The notes beneath the pieces are model-generated. The model was not told where the DNA came from and searched no databases. It saw only the letters and a list, made by a program, of their open reading frames with translations. Shown here in pieces: positions 9,720-19,283 of a stretch of 49,280 nucleotides of DNA. This stretch comes from an uncultured Clostridium sp. GTDB lineage: Bacteria > Bacillota > Clostridia > TANB77 > CAG-508. Numbering within the stretch: position 1 is the stretch's first letter; each line of letters begins with the position of its first letter. The stretch lies in contig CANOPF010000003.1 of the NCBI GenBank assembly GCA_947568535.1, positions 1 through 49,280 on the forward strand, given 5' to 3'. Position numbers and translations under genes: made by a program.

Positions 9720-9982
9720 TTTTGCACCTCTTTTACTAAAAAAAGCTGATAATCCCAAAAATTACCAGCTGAACTTTTTGTATGTTTTTATCTTTTGGTT
9801 CTTCCCTGTTCTTATGTTAAAACCTTCTTCTGTGCACTTACTTATTTCTCATGTACTTTTTATTTCTTTTGTATATTAAATTTTTATCTTTTGTATATTT
9901 TTCTTTAGTAAGTTCATCTTTGGTAATTTTAGATTTTATCTTTTGCAACTTCATCTTTAGCATCTATATAAACTTTTTCAAG

Positions 9983-10408
9983 TTATATACCTAACATAGT
10001 CATATTTTCTGCAATTTCATCTGCTGAAATATTTTCATCGCAATTCTGCCATGTTTCTTTATCCCAAATTTCTAGTCTTGTTCCTACTCCTATAATTACA
10101 GCTTCTTTTTCTAATTTAGCTGATATTCTTAGATTATTAGGAAGTAAAAATCTTCCTTGTTTATCTATTTCACATTCTGTGGCTCCTGATAAGAAAAATC
10201 TAACAAAATTTCTAGCATTTCTATCAGAAAGTGGCAATGCTTTTAATTTGGTTTCAAAATTTAACCACTCATTTTGTGAAAATGCAAATAAACATCCATC
10301 TAATCCCTTGGTTACGATAAACTTTTCCCCCATATCTGTCCTTAATTTAGATGGCATAATTAATCTACCTTTTGCATCTATGGAATGCTCATATTCACCA
10401 ATTAGCAA
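9983..10408 (-). CDS. mraZ: Division/cell wall cluster transcriptional repressor MraZ
   Basis: [28 protein letters not shown]. Confidence 0.97.
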   Translation of the reverse strand: MLIGEYEHSIDAKGRLIMPSKLRTDMGEKFIVTKGLDGCLFAFSQNEWLNFETKLKALPLSDRNARNFVRFFLSGATECEIDKQGRFLLPNNLRISAKLEKEAVIIGVGTRLEIWDKETWQNCDENISADEIAENMTMLGI

Positions 10409-10424
10409 TTATTTTCACCTCTTT

Positions 10425-10461
10425 TTCACTTTTCACCACTTTGCACCACTTTTCTCCACTT
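10425..10461 (-). promoter_or_regulatory. MraZ-binding direct repeats
   Basis: AAGTGG repeated at ~10-nt period (GAAGTGGAGAAAGTGGTGCAAAGTGGTGAAAAGTG) directly upstream of mraZ. Confidence 0.8.
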
Positions 10462-10637
10462 CAAATAAATTTTAATATAACTTTTATGATTTTGCAAGTC
10501 TTTTTTTAAATTTTTTTATTTTTTTCTTGAAAAACATAAAACAGTTAGTATGATTTGTATTATTTTTTCTTATTAATAGTTCGTTCTTTTTTCAAAAAGT
10601 AATTGCTATACTTTTTTATAGAGATAAAGGAGGTATT

Positions 10638-11015
10638 ATGAATAATCAAGAACAAATTTTAAGAAAAAATATAGGAAAGAAAATTAAATTAGCCAGAACT
10701 AAAGCAGAATATACCCAAGAACAATTAGCCGAGAAACTATCTTTATCTCCTAGGTATATTAGTCAATTAGAAAGAGGTATTGCATTTGGTAGTGCAACTA
10801 CAATTATTAATGTTTGTAAAACACTAAATATCAGTTCTGACTTTCTATTCAATGATTTGATCAGTAATAAGACACATATTTTAGATAACATTACAGATGA
10901 CAAATTTTTAGAAGATTATTTAAAGTTAAATGACTATAATAAAAACATTATCTCTTTACTCACTCATGATTTAATTAAGCTACAAAATAGCAAAGAAGAT
11001 ATGAAAAATGCTTAA
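10638..11015 (+). CDS. XRE-family HTH transcriptional regulator
   Basis: IGKKIKLAR..YTQEQLAEKLSLSPRYISQLERG; SD AGGAGG. Confidence 0.9.
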   Translation: MNNQEQILRKNIGKKIKLARTKAEYTQEQLAEKLSLSPRYISQLERGIAFGSATTIINVCKTLNISSDFLFNDLISNKTHILDNITDDKFLEDYLKLNDYNKNIISLLTHDLIKLQNSKEDMKNA

Positions 11016-11084
11016 AAATAAAATGAAGTATTTCCAAAATTACAAAAAATTTAAGGATAATACTTCATTTTTTTATCTTATCTA

Positions 11085-11766
11085 TTAATTAATGGTTGTA
11101 TTAGTAGGACCTGTTCCTACTACATCTTCTTGTAACGATCTCCATGTATTACATCCTACAATTCCATCTGCTGTTAATCCTCTTGATCTTTGATAGGCTA
11201 TTACTGCACTTTGTGTAGCTGAGCCAAAAATCCCATCTAAACCTCCTGTTCTAAATCCTAATGTATTTAAATCATCTTGTGCAATGAGAACATAGTTACT
11301 TAAACTTCCTCTTCTTAACATAGGAAAACCTCCTGTTGAACAAGCTGGCTTCCCGAAAACGTTTATCCCAATGTACCCATGTAGGTGTTAAAGATAGTGG
11401 TTCCACATAAGTCCATACTCCAGAATTATTGGCACTATTCCATAATCTGACTCTTTGCGTTCCTGACAATCTTTGCCCTACATCAAAAGCCACACCTGCA
11501 TAATGTTGACTCTGGTTACCATGACCACCCTCATATGGTCTCTTAAAAGCAAATCCTACTGGGATCGGTGCTCCAAATATATATCGTTGGCTATTCCAAC
11601 TTTGCATACATCTTTTAGTAGTCCACAAGATATTACTTTTACTTGAGCCCCTAAATTCTCTAACTCTTAATGTCCCGTTTGTATTATAAGGCATTGGCTC
11701 AGCTTCTCCTCTATAGTATGTCTCCATTCTATCTGTATCATTATTAAACACTAATATTTTTGCCAC
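11085..11766 (-). CDS. Peptidase M15-like + peptidoglycan-binding cell wall hydrolase, encoded across a +1 frameshift at CGG (11353-11355)
   Basis: ORF 11296-11766 has SQHYAGVAFD..WVHWD; ORF 11085-11321 has the PG_binding_1 motif (DGIFG..T..AV..YQ...GL.ADGIVG). Skipping one nt at TTT-C-GGG joins them as DKRFGKPACSTGGFPMLRRGS (226 aa). Confidence 0.8.
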
Positions 11767-11796
11767 TTATTATTGTCCCCCTTTTCTTGCTTTTTA

Positions 11797-11825
11797 TATT
11801 ATATGTGATCTTTTTCATTTTGGTT
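11797..11825 (-). promoter_or_regulatory. Putative sigma-K promoter
   Basis: AACC-N16-CATATAATA upstream of the hydrolase matches the SigK consensus. Confidence 0.4.
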
Positions 11826-11904
11826 CTAATAAAAACTTACTCATCTTGCTCACCGTCATGTATACTGTTCTATTTGATAAAATATGTTACTCTGCTAAAA
11901 AAAC

Positions 11905-11940
11905 ACACATGATTAAACCGCTTTGTTTAATCATGTGTGC
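11905..11940. terminator. Terminator after sortase
   Basis: CACACATGATTAAAC...GTTTAATCATGTGTG inverted repeat. Confidence 0.7.
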
Positions 11941-11965
11941 TCACTTTTACGCATTGTATTTTCTC

Positions 11966-12688
11966 TTATATTGCTCTTGCTTTAACAACAACTCTCTGTT
12001 TACTATCATCTGTACAAGTAATTAAGGTTACTTCTTTTTTACCGTTTGTCAATTGTGTTGTACAACTCACATCTCTTGGATCAACTTGATATTTATTATA
12101 TATTTTATATTGAATTGTCTTTCCTGATAAATCTGTTATCTCGATCATATCTCCATTGACTAATGTAGGCACTTTACTAAAAAATCTAGTGTTTCTATAA
12201 TTATGACCTACGATACAAAAATTTCCTACCTCATTTGGCTCTGGTCCCCAAAACTTAGTCGGCGAAATTTTTAATAAGTCCTCTGTTTCTTCCGTTGAAT
12301 CGGTAGGACCATCAATAACAGGATAATTCACATTGATCTTTGGTATATTAATAGTCGCTACTGGTATATATTGATGTCCATTCGCCGTTGTCTGCATTTG
12401 TCTATTATCGGGCTCTTTTACCTCTGCTTGTGGAATATCATCTAACACAACAACAATAACATTGTTCTTTGCAATAGTAGTATCTTCTTCTGGAATATCA
12501 AGATTAGCTAGAATTTCTTGTGATACCTGTTCACTTTTATTTCTATCATATTCAGCATAAATACAGGCAGAAATTAACACACACACTAAAAAAACAGATA
12601 AAAAGAACTCAATTTTATATACTTTCTTTTTTCTTTTTAATTCAGGTGTAATATATAGTTTCTTGGTAACTAAAATTTGATTCATCAC
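11966..12688 (-). CDS. Sortase
   Basis: N-terminal TM; catalytic His-Cys-Arg motifs IVGHNY, VTLITC, QRVVV. Confidence 0.92.
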   Translation of the reverse strand: MMNQILVTKKLYITPELKRKKKVYKIEFFLSVFLVCVLISACIYAEYDRNKSEQVSQEILANLDIPEEDTTIAKNNVIVVVLDDIPQAEVKEPDNRQMQTTANGHQYIPVATINIPKINVNYPVIDGPTDSTEETEDLLKISPTKFWGPEPNEVGNFCIVGHNYRNTRFFSKVPTLVNGDMIEITDLSGKTIQYKIYNKYQVDPRDVSCTTQLTNGKKEVTLITCTDDSKQRVVVKARAI

Positions 12689-12748
12689 TATCTCCTATTT
12701 TATACTTCTTTTTTATTATATCATAAGAATAGTAAAATGAAAATACTT

Positions 12749-13606
12749 TCAACACAAATATTTCGCAATTTTAGCATAATCCTCTAAACTTAATTTTTCA
12801 GGTCTTATCTTAACATCTATACCTAAGCCTTCCAACATATTTATACCTTCTTCTTTATTTTCTAATATCTTTGTATTAACTAATGCATTGACTAAAGTCT
12901 TCCTTCTCTGCATAAATGCATGTTTGATTATCTGAAACATAAATTCTTTTTCCTCGCTCTTAATCACAGGCTCTCTTCTAATGTTCAATGTGATAATCTT
13001 TGAAGTTACTTCTGGTTCTGGTATAAAAGCTGAATGAGGAACTTCCATAACACCTTGTGCTTCTGCATAATAATAAACACTATAGGTAATTGCTCCTGTT
13101 TCTTTCTCTCCTGGTATAGCAATCAGTCGATCAGCTACTTCCTTTTGTATCATAACGGTTATACTTTCTATCGGTAACTCTTCTTCCAATAGCTTCATCA
13201 TAATAGGTGTTGTAATATAATAAGGCAAATTAGCAACTATCTTTACATGTTTAAGGCCTGTCTTTTGTTTTTCTTCTTCTATCAACTTCCTTAAATCTAT
13301 CGTTAAAATGTCTTGATGTAAAATTTCAACATTTTTGTTAAACAAAAATCTTTCTTTTAACAGGTGAATCATTTTCTTATCTAATTCAATACAAATTACC
13401 TTTCCTGCTTTTTCTAATAAATATTTTGTTAGTGTTCCTAAACCTGGACCTACTTCAATAATTAGATCTTCTTCCTGAATTTGACCACAAGAAATAATTT
13501 TTTCTACAACTTCTTCACTAATCAAAAAATTTTGCCCTAATGACTTATTGGCTTTAATATGATATTGTTTCATGATCCCTTTAGTTTCTTCTAAAATTGT
13601 CCCCAT
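12749..13606 (-). CDS. rsmA: 16S rRNA dimethyladenosine transferase
   Basis: KSLGQNFL, EVGPGLG, VANLPYYITTPI, MIQKEVA, QRRKTL. Confidence 0.97.
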   Translation of the reverse strand: MGTILEETKGIMKQYHIKANKSLGQNFLISEEVVEKIISCGQIQEEDLIIEVGPGLGTLTKYLLEKAGKVICIELDKKMIHLLKERFLFNKNVEILHQDILTIDLRKLIEEEKQKTGLKHVKIVANLPYYITTPIMMKLLEEELPIESITVMIQKEVADRLIAIPGEKETGAITYSVYYYAEAQGVMEVPHSAFIPEPEVTSKIITLNIRREPVIKSEEKEFMFQIIKHAFMQRRKTLVNALVNTKILENKEEGINMLEGLGIDVKIRPEKLSLEDYAKIAKYLC

Positions 13607-13737
13607 CTAATTTCTCCTTATTTCTTTATTCATAATTATACTATATTATATTTTTTTTATTTTTTCAAGTTTTATTGATTTTTAACTATTTTTAAGATAA
13701 AATAGACGTACAAATTAAGAACAAAAGAGGGTTGCTT

Positions 13738-16023
13738 ATGAAAAAAGAAAAAAATAAAAATCATGCTAATTCATCCGACAAAAAAGTAATAAAATTTAAA
13801 ACTAGTTTCGAATCTAAAAACTTAATCCACACTAAAAAATTAAGAACTTTATTGATTGTGATTATTGTTATCTTCTTACTTTTAATTAGTAGAATTGGTT
13901 TTTTACAATTTGTTCAAGGAAACACTTTAAAAGAAAAAGCTTATCAACAACAAACCATTAATCAAATTATTAGTCCAAAGCGTGGTAATATCTATGATTC
14001 AACGGGAAAAGCAATTGCTATTGGTGCTCAAGTGGATACCATTACCATTAATCCAACAAAAATTGTTAAATCCAATGACGCTGACACAAAAGATTATAAA
14101 GAAAAAGTAGCTAAAGGCTTATCCGATATTTTTGCCTTAGACTATAATGAAGTATTAGAGAAAGTAAACAGTAAAACAAAAGTAGAAACCATTATCAAAA
14201 AAGTAGAACAAGAAAAAGTAGAACAATTAAAACAATGGATGGAAGAAAATAAAATTACTATTGGTATTAATATTGATGAAGATACTAAAAGATACTATCC
14301 TTATGGTTCCATTGCTTCCCACATTATTGGCTTCTGTGGAAGTGATAACCAAGGTCTAAGTGGTATTGAAGCAAAATGGGAATCCATCTTAACTGGTACA
14401 CCAGGAAAAATTGTAAGTTCTAAAGGAAGCGACCAACAAGAAATTCCGAATGCTGAAGAAACATATATTTCTGCTGAAAATGGTAGCGATTTAACGCTTA
14501 CCCTTGACTTAAATATCCAAACTATTGTTGAAAAATACCTAAAACAAGCTGTTGAAGATAACCAATGTGAAAATGGTGGAAATGTGATTGCTATGAATCC
14601 CAAAACAGGTGATATTCTTGCCATGGCCTCTTATCCAAATTATGACTTAAATTCACCTTATACACCAAATTCAACCTTATCCAAAATATATGATACCCTT
14701 TCTACACAAGAAAAAAGTAATGCTTTATTTGAAATGTGGTCTAACAAATCTGTTGGTGAAACATATGAACCTGGTTCTACTTTTAAAGTAATTACTGCAT
14801 CAGTAGCTTTAGAAGAAAATATTACCTCTTCTGATATAGCCAATGACTTCTATTGTCAAGGTTATGAAGAAGTCGCTGACTACCAAATTTCTTGTTGGAG
14901 CAAAAATCCACATGGCGTACAAACACTAAGAAAATCTCTTTGTAATTCATGTAATCCAGCTTTTATACAATTAGGAAAAAGAATTGGAGCTCCTACTCTA
15001 TACAAATACTATAATGCCTTCGGTTTATTCAATTCAACAAACTCAAGCTTATATGGAGAACAAACCAGTTTATTTCAAAGCCTAGATAAAGTGGGTCCTG
15101 TTGAACTTGCTACTATGTCATTTGGTCAGAGATTAAATGTTACCCCTCTTCAAATGATTTCTGCTATTGCTTGTGTAGCAAATGATGGCATATTAATGCA
15201 ACCTCGTATCGTAAAAGAAATTACGAATACAGATACAGGTACTGTATCGGAAATGCCTATCACTCAAGTTAGACAAGTTATTTCTAAACAGACATCAAAA
15301 GAAGTAAAATCTCTAATGGAATCGGTTGTTACAAACGGCTCTGGCAGACATGCTGCTGTATCTGGCTATTCTATTGGTGGAAAAACAGGTACTTCTGAAC
15401 CTCCTATTGGAAAAGAAGAAGATGGATATGTTGCTTCTTATGTCGCTATTTCTCCAATTGAAGATACGCAAATTGTCCTTCTACTTACCTTATATAAACC
15501 AGAAGGAAAAAATGGCCATCAGGGAGGACAAGTAGCTGGTCCTGTAGTATCTCAAATGTTATCTGAGATTTTACCTTATTTAGGTATCCCTGCTAACGAA
15601 AATCCTGCCAATGTTACAAATACCAATAATTTTTTAACTGTACCAGATGTGAGGAATAAAACTGTAACAGAGGCAGAAAAAATATTAAAAAATGCTGGTT
15701 TTACTACTAAAACATATGTTAACGGAGATCCTAATACTATTCTTGTAGAAGACCAAACACCTAAACCAGGAAACTTACTTCCTAAAGAGTCTATTATTGT
15801 TCTTTATGGTCAAGGAAGTAGTATTGCAACTTCAGTTACTGTTCCCGATTTAAAAGGTATGAATGCTTCACAGGCTTCTAATACCTTGAAAACAAAAAAC
15901 CTGAACATTAATATAGAAGGAGCTGGTGTTGTAATCTCTCAAGATTATGCCAAAGATGAACAAGTTCAAGAAGGCACCATTATAAAGGTAACATTAAAAC
16001 AAGCATTAACAGAAGCTCATTAA
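13738..16023 (+). CDS. SpoVD/FtsI-like class B PBP with two PASTA domains
   Basis: EPGSTFK, SCN, KTGT; C-terminal VPDVRNKT and VPDLKGM PASTA repeats. Confidence 0.92.
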   Translation: MKKEKNKNHANSSDKKVIKFKTSFESKNLIHTKKLRTLLIVIIVIFLLLISRIGFLQFVQGNTLKEKAYQQQTINQIISPKRGNIYDSTGKAIAIGAQVDTITINPTKIVKSNDADTKDYKEKVAKGLSDIFALDYNEVLEKVNSKTKVETIIKKVEQEKVEQLKQWMEENKITIGINIDEDTKRYYPYGSIASHIIGFCGSDNQGLSGIEAKWESILTGTPGKIVSSKGSDQQEIPNAEETYISAENGSDLTLTLDLNIQTIVEKYLKQAVEDNQCENGGNVIAMNPKTGDILAMASYPNYDLNSPYTPNSTLSKIYDTLSTQEKSNALFEMWSNKSVGETYEPGSTFKVITASVALEENITSSDIANDFYCQGYEEVADYQISCWSKNPHGVQTLRKSLCNSCNPAFIQLGKRIGAPTLYKYYNAFGLFNSTNSSLYGEQTSLFQSLDKVGPVELATMSFGQRLNVTPLQMISAIACVANDGILMQPRIVKEITNTDTGTVSEMPITQVRQVISKQTSKEVKSLMESVVTNGSGRHAAVSGYSIGGKTGTSEPPIGKEEDGYVASYVAISPIEDTQIVLLLTLYKPEGKNGHQGGQVAGPVVSQMLSEILPYLGIPANENPANVTNTNNFLTVPDVRNKTVTEAEKILKNAGFTTKTYVNGDPNTILVEDQTPKPGNLLPKESIIVLYGQGSSIATSVTVPDLKGMNASQASNTLKTKNLNINIEGAGVVISQDYAKDEQVQEGTIIKVTLKQALTEAH

Positions 16024-16076
16024 ATGAAAAAAAGGATATTTATGTTGAATAAAAACAATAGATATCCTTTCCTTTT

Positions 16077-16700
16077 TTAATCCATTGTCTCATTTTGCCA
16101 ATATTTTTCCAATAAATAATCTAACTTTTTAATTTTATCAAATTGCTTTACTACCTCTTGAATCATTTCCTCTTGTCTTCCACACAAATAAACCATCCAG
16201 GCCTCTCGTCTATCTATTATTTTACTTTGATGAAAAATAAACTTGGGTAATTCTAATACATATAATTCAATTTGGCTTTCTGATTTAGAGGGTATTACAA
16301 TTTTATTAAAATATTCTACTGATTTTAAATAACAAAAATCAAGTATATTAATGGTCGTCGTCTTAACCATCTTTCTATTATCTTCATAATCTAATTGATT
16401 GGAATGAATTTGAGCATAATATAATAACATTTTATTTTGTGCATAATAACCATCAATAAATTGAATTCCTATATTCATTTCTTCTTGTTCTTCTGGCTTA
16501 ACTCTGACATCGGCAATACCAAAATTTTCTTCTGATGGTAGATAATTTGACTTCCTTTGTAGATATGGGTTTAATGTGATTTCTTTGATTTTAATATTGA
16601 AAAATGCTTCGATAAAATCTTGTAAGATATCTAAATTTTCTTCTGAATTTAAAACTTTCCTTAATATTCTATTACTTTTTGATACAAACTTTCTATTCAT
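16077..16700 (-). CDS. Rpn/PD-(D/E)XK nuclease family protein, possibly inactive
   Basis: IL.DFIEA, ADVRV..MNIGIQ (canonical NIEIQ), YYAQ, INILDF, LELPKF. Confidence 0.65.
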   Translation of the reverse strand: MNRKFVSKSNRILRKVLNSEENLDILQDFIEAFFNIKIKEITLNPYLQRKSNYLPSEENFGIADVRVKPEEQEEMNIGIQFIDGYYAQNKMLLYYAQIHSNQLDYEDNRKMVKTTTINILDFCYLKSVEYFNKIVIPSKSESQIELYVLELPKFIFHQSKIIDRREAWMVYLCGRQEEMIQEVVKQFDKIKKLDYLLEKYWQNETMD

Positions 16701-16862
16701 ATACGTTTTTAGTGCACTAATCTATTTCCCTCCTTATGTAAGTACTAAATTATATAATTTAGTTAGAGTATAATTTCTAATGCATTCGTTTGTCAATAGT
16801 TTTGTTCTTTTTTCTTATACTTTTCATCGCATTTTTCGACAAAAAATAAAAACCAGACTAAT

Positions 16863-17313
16863 TGAAGTAAACCCAAATTATTAGGCAAAAAGTTGAATAA
16901 GGAGTTGAATATGGTATAATAAACTAGACACCAAGTTAAGTGAATTAATGAAAGATGGAAAGTTTATGAAAAAAAAGTAGTAGGATGGTCAATGGATACT
17001 AGAATAAAGAATAAATTAGTCTTATCAGCATTAGAACAAGCAATTGAAAAACATCCAGAAAGTAGAAAAGGAAATCCTTATGATAATGCTTTTATGGAAT
17101 CTTTTTATAGAACATTAAAAAGAGAGCTTGTTAAAGGATCTGATGATGATAATCCTGAACAAGCTCGATTAGATATATTTAAATATATTGAATGTTACTA
17201 CAATACAAAAAGGATGCATTTTGTACTAAATTATATGAGCCCTTTAAAATATGAATTAAATATTCCTAATTCGCTTAATTTTGTGTCTAGTTTTTCTTGA
17301 CTATTATATAGCA
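16863..17313 (+). mobile_element. Internally deleted IS3-family remnant
   Basis: ORF 16992-17300 has SRKGNPYDNAFMESFYRTLKRE..YYN.KRMH..L.Y.SP (IS3 OrfB C-terminus). Imperfect IRs AAACTAGACAC..TTAAG (16921) and CTTAA..GTGTCTAGTTT (17274). Confidence 0.8.
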
Positions 17314-17377
17314 CCTAGTCTAAAAATATCCAATTCTTTGGGTTAAGTACAATCCTCCGCCTAATTTTTTCTATACT

Positions 17378-18124
17378 TTACTTAGAAGCAATATAATAGC
17401 CTACTCCTCTTTTGGTAATTAATATTTTAGGAATAGAAGTATCTTTTTCTATCTTTTCTCTAATTCTTCTAACGGTTACATCTACTGTTCTAATATCACC
17501 ATAATACTCATATCCCCAAACTTTTTCCAATAATGTTTCTCTAGTTACTACCTGTTCTGGTTGAGAAGCTAAAAATTTTAATACTTCAAATTCTCTTAGT
17601 GTTAAATCAATAACTTCTCCTCTAACCTTAACTTCAAATTTATCTAAATCTAATTCTAGATCACCTACTATAATTTTACTTTCTTTTTTCTTTTCTTCTA
17701 TGGATGGTTCTACAGTCTTTCTACTATTATTTGATATTATCTCTACTTTTCTTAAATTGGCTTTTACTCTTGCAACTAATTCTCTTACACTAAAAGGTTT
17801 CGTGATATAATCATCTGCTCCTAATTCTAGTCCTAATATCTTATCAATTTCTGTATCTTTCGCTGTTAAAATAAGAATTGGCACATGATAAGAATTCTTT
17901 ATTCTTTTGCATACAGATAATCCATCTAATTTAGGAAGCATAATATCTAATAAAATTAAATCAGGCTTTTGCTCTGTTGCTATATTAACAGCAGATATCC
18001 CATCGGCTGCCTCTATAATTTTATAACCTTCTCTACCTAAATTATATTTTAGAATATCTCTAATGGATGGTTCATCATCAACTATTAGGATCGTTTTTCC
18101 CTCTCTCTCGATTTCTTCTTCCAC
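17378..18124 (-). CDS. OmpR-family response regulator (WalR-like)
   Basis: ILIVDDE, LLDIMLP, GADDYITKPFS, VWGYEYYGDIRTVDVTVRR; no kinase gene adjacent. Confidence 0.92.
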   Translation of the reverse strand: MEEEIEREGKTILIVDDEPSIRDILKYNLGREGYKIIEAADGISAVNIATEQKPDLILLDIMLPKLDGLSVCKRIKNSYHVPILILTAKDTEIDKILGLELGADDYITKPFSVRELVARVKANLRKVEIISNNSRKTVEPSIEEKKKESKIIVGDLELDLDKFEVKVRGEVIDLTLREFEVLKFLASQPEQVVTRETLLEKVWGYEYYGDIRTVDVTVRRIREKIEKDTSIPKILITKRGVGYYIASK

Positions 18125-18220
18125 AAAAGTTCCGCCTTTCTATATAGCTTTATTTTTATAGTCTATTTATATCACAATTGTAATAATTATACAAGTTTTT
18201 TAACAAAGTTTATTTGTTTT

Positions 18221-19273
18221 TTAATCCTTGTCTATTTTTCCTCCACCAAGAACAATTCCCTCCTCATCATAAAAAACTACAGACTGACCTGGTGTTACTG
18301 CTCTTTGTTCTACGTCAAATACTACTTTAATTCTATCCCCTTCAGGATATAGTGTTGCTCCTGCCTCTGTTGATCGATATCGAATTTTTGCCTTACATTT
18401 GATCATTTTATCTAACTGATCAGATATCATCCAATTTACGTCTTCTGCATATAATGTTTTCTTATATAATTCTTCTTCTAGACCAACAATTACCTCATTT
18501 TTTTCTTGATCTAATTCTATAACATATAATGGCTCTGAATAAGAAATGCCTAATCCCTTCCTTTGTCCTATGGTATAATGGATGAGACCTTGATGTTGTC
18601 CTAAAACTTTTCCACTTTTTAAAACAATATTTCCTTTATGACTTTTATATTTTCCATATTTTCTAAGAAATTTTGGATAACAATTATCAGGAATAAAACA
18701 AATCTCTTGACTATCCTTTTTTTGTGCTATAAATAAGTTATTTTCTTTTGCTATTTTTCTAATATCTTCTTTATTGGCATAATGTTGTAAAGGGAAAAGA
18801 ATAAATTTTAATTTTTCTTTTGGTATTGAATATAAAAAATATGTCTGATCTTTCTTTTCCTCTTGTGATTTTCGTAGAACATATTGATGATATTTCTTCG
18901 AAAACTCAATATTAGCATAATGCCCAGTTGCTATATAATCACAGCCTAATTCTTTTGCTTTTTGATAAAAAATACCAAACTTTAAATAATGATTACATTC
19001 TACACATGGATTTGGCGTTCTTGCTTCTTGGTATTCATGGATAAAATGATCTACTACTTTTGTCCTAAATTCCTGTTGGCAATTGACACAAAAATGAGAA
19101 ATTCCTAATTGATCACATATCTGTTTAGCATCTTGTATAGCTCTATTCTCTTCCTTTGGCTCCCATAATTGCATTGTACATCCAATTACTTCATACCCCT
19201 GTTTCTGTAATAAAACTGCTGATACAGAACTATCAACACCACCACTCATTCCTAACAAAACTTTTTTCTTCAT
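18221..19273 (-). CDS. mnmA: tRNA 2-thiouridylase
   Basis: GMSGGVDSS, TPNPCVECN, ATGHYA, KDQTYFL, TPGQSVVFY. Confidence 0.97.
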   Translation of the reverse strand: MKKKVLLGMSGGVDSSVSAVLLQKQGYEVIGCTMQLWEPKEENRAIQDAKQICDQLGISHFCVNCQQEFRTKVVDHFIHEYQEARTPNPCVECNHYLKFGIFYQKAKELGCDYIATGHYANIEFSKKYHQYVLRKSQEEKKDQTYFLYSIPKEKLKFILFPLQHYANKEDIRKIAKENNLFIAQKKDSQEICFIPDNCYPKFLRKYGKYKSHKGNIVLKSGKVLGQHQGLIHYTIGQRKGLGISYSEPLYVIELDQEKNEVIVGLEEELYKKTLYAEDVNWMISDQLDKMIKCKAKIRYRSTEAGATLYPEGDRIKVVFDVEQRAVTPGQSVVFYDEEGIVLGGGKIDKD

Positions 19274-19283
19274 TTTACTTCAC

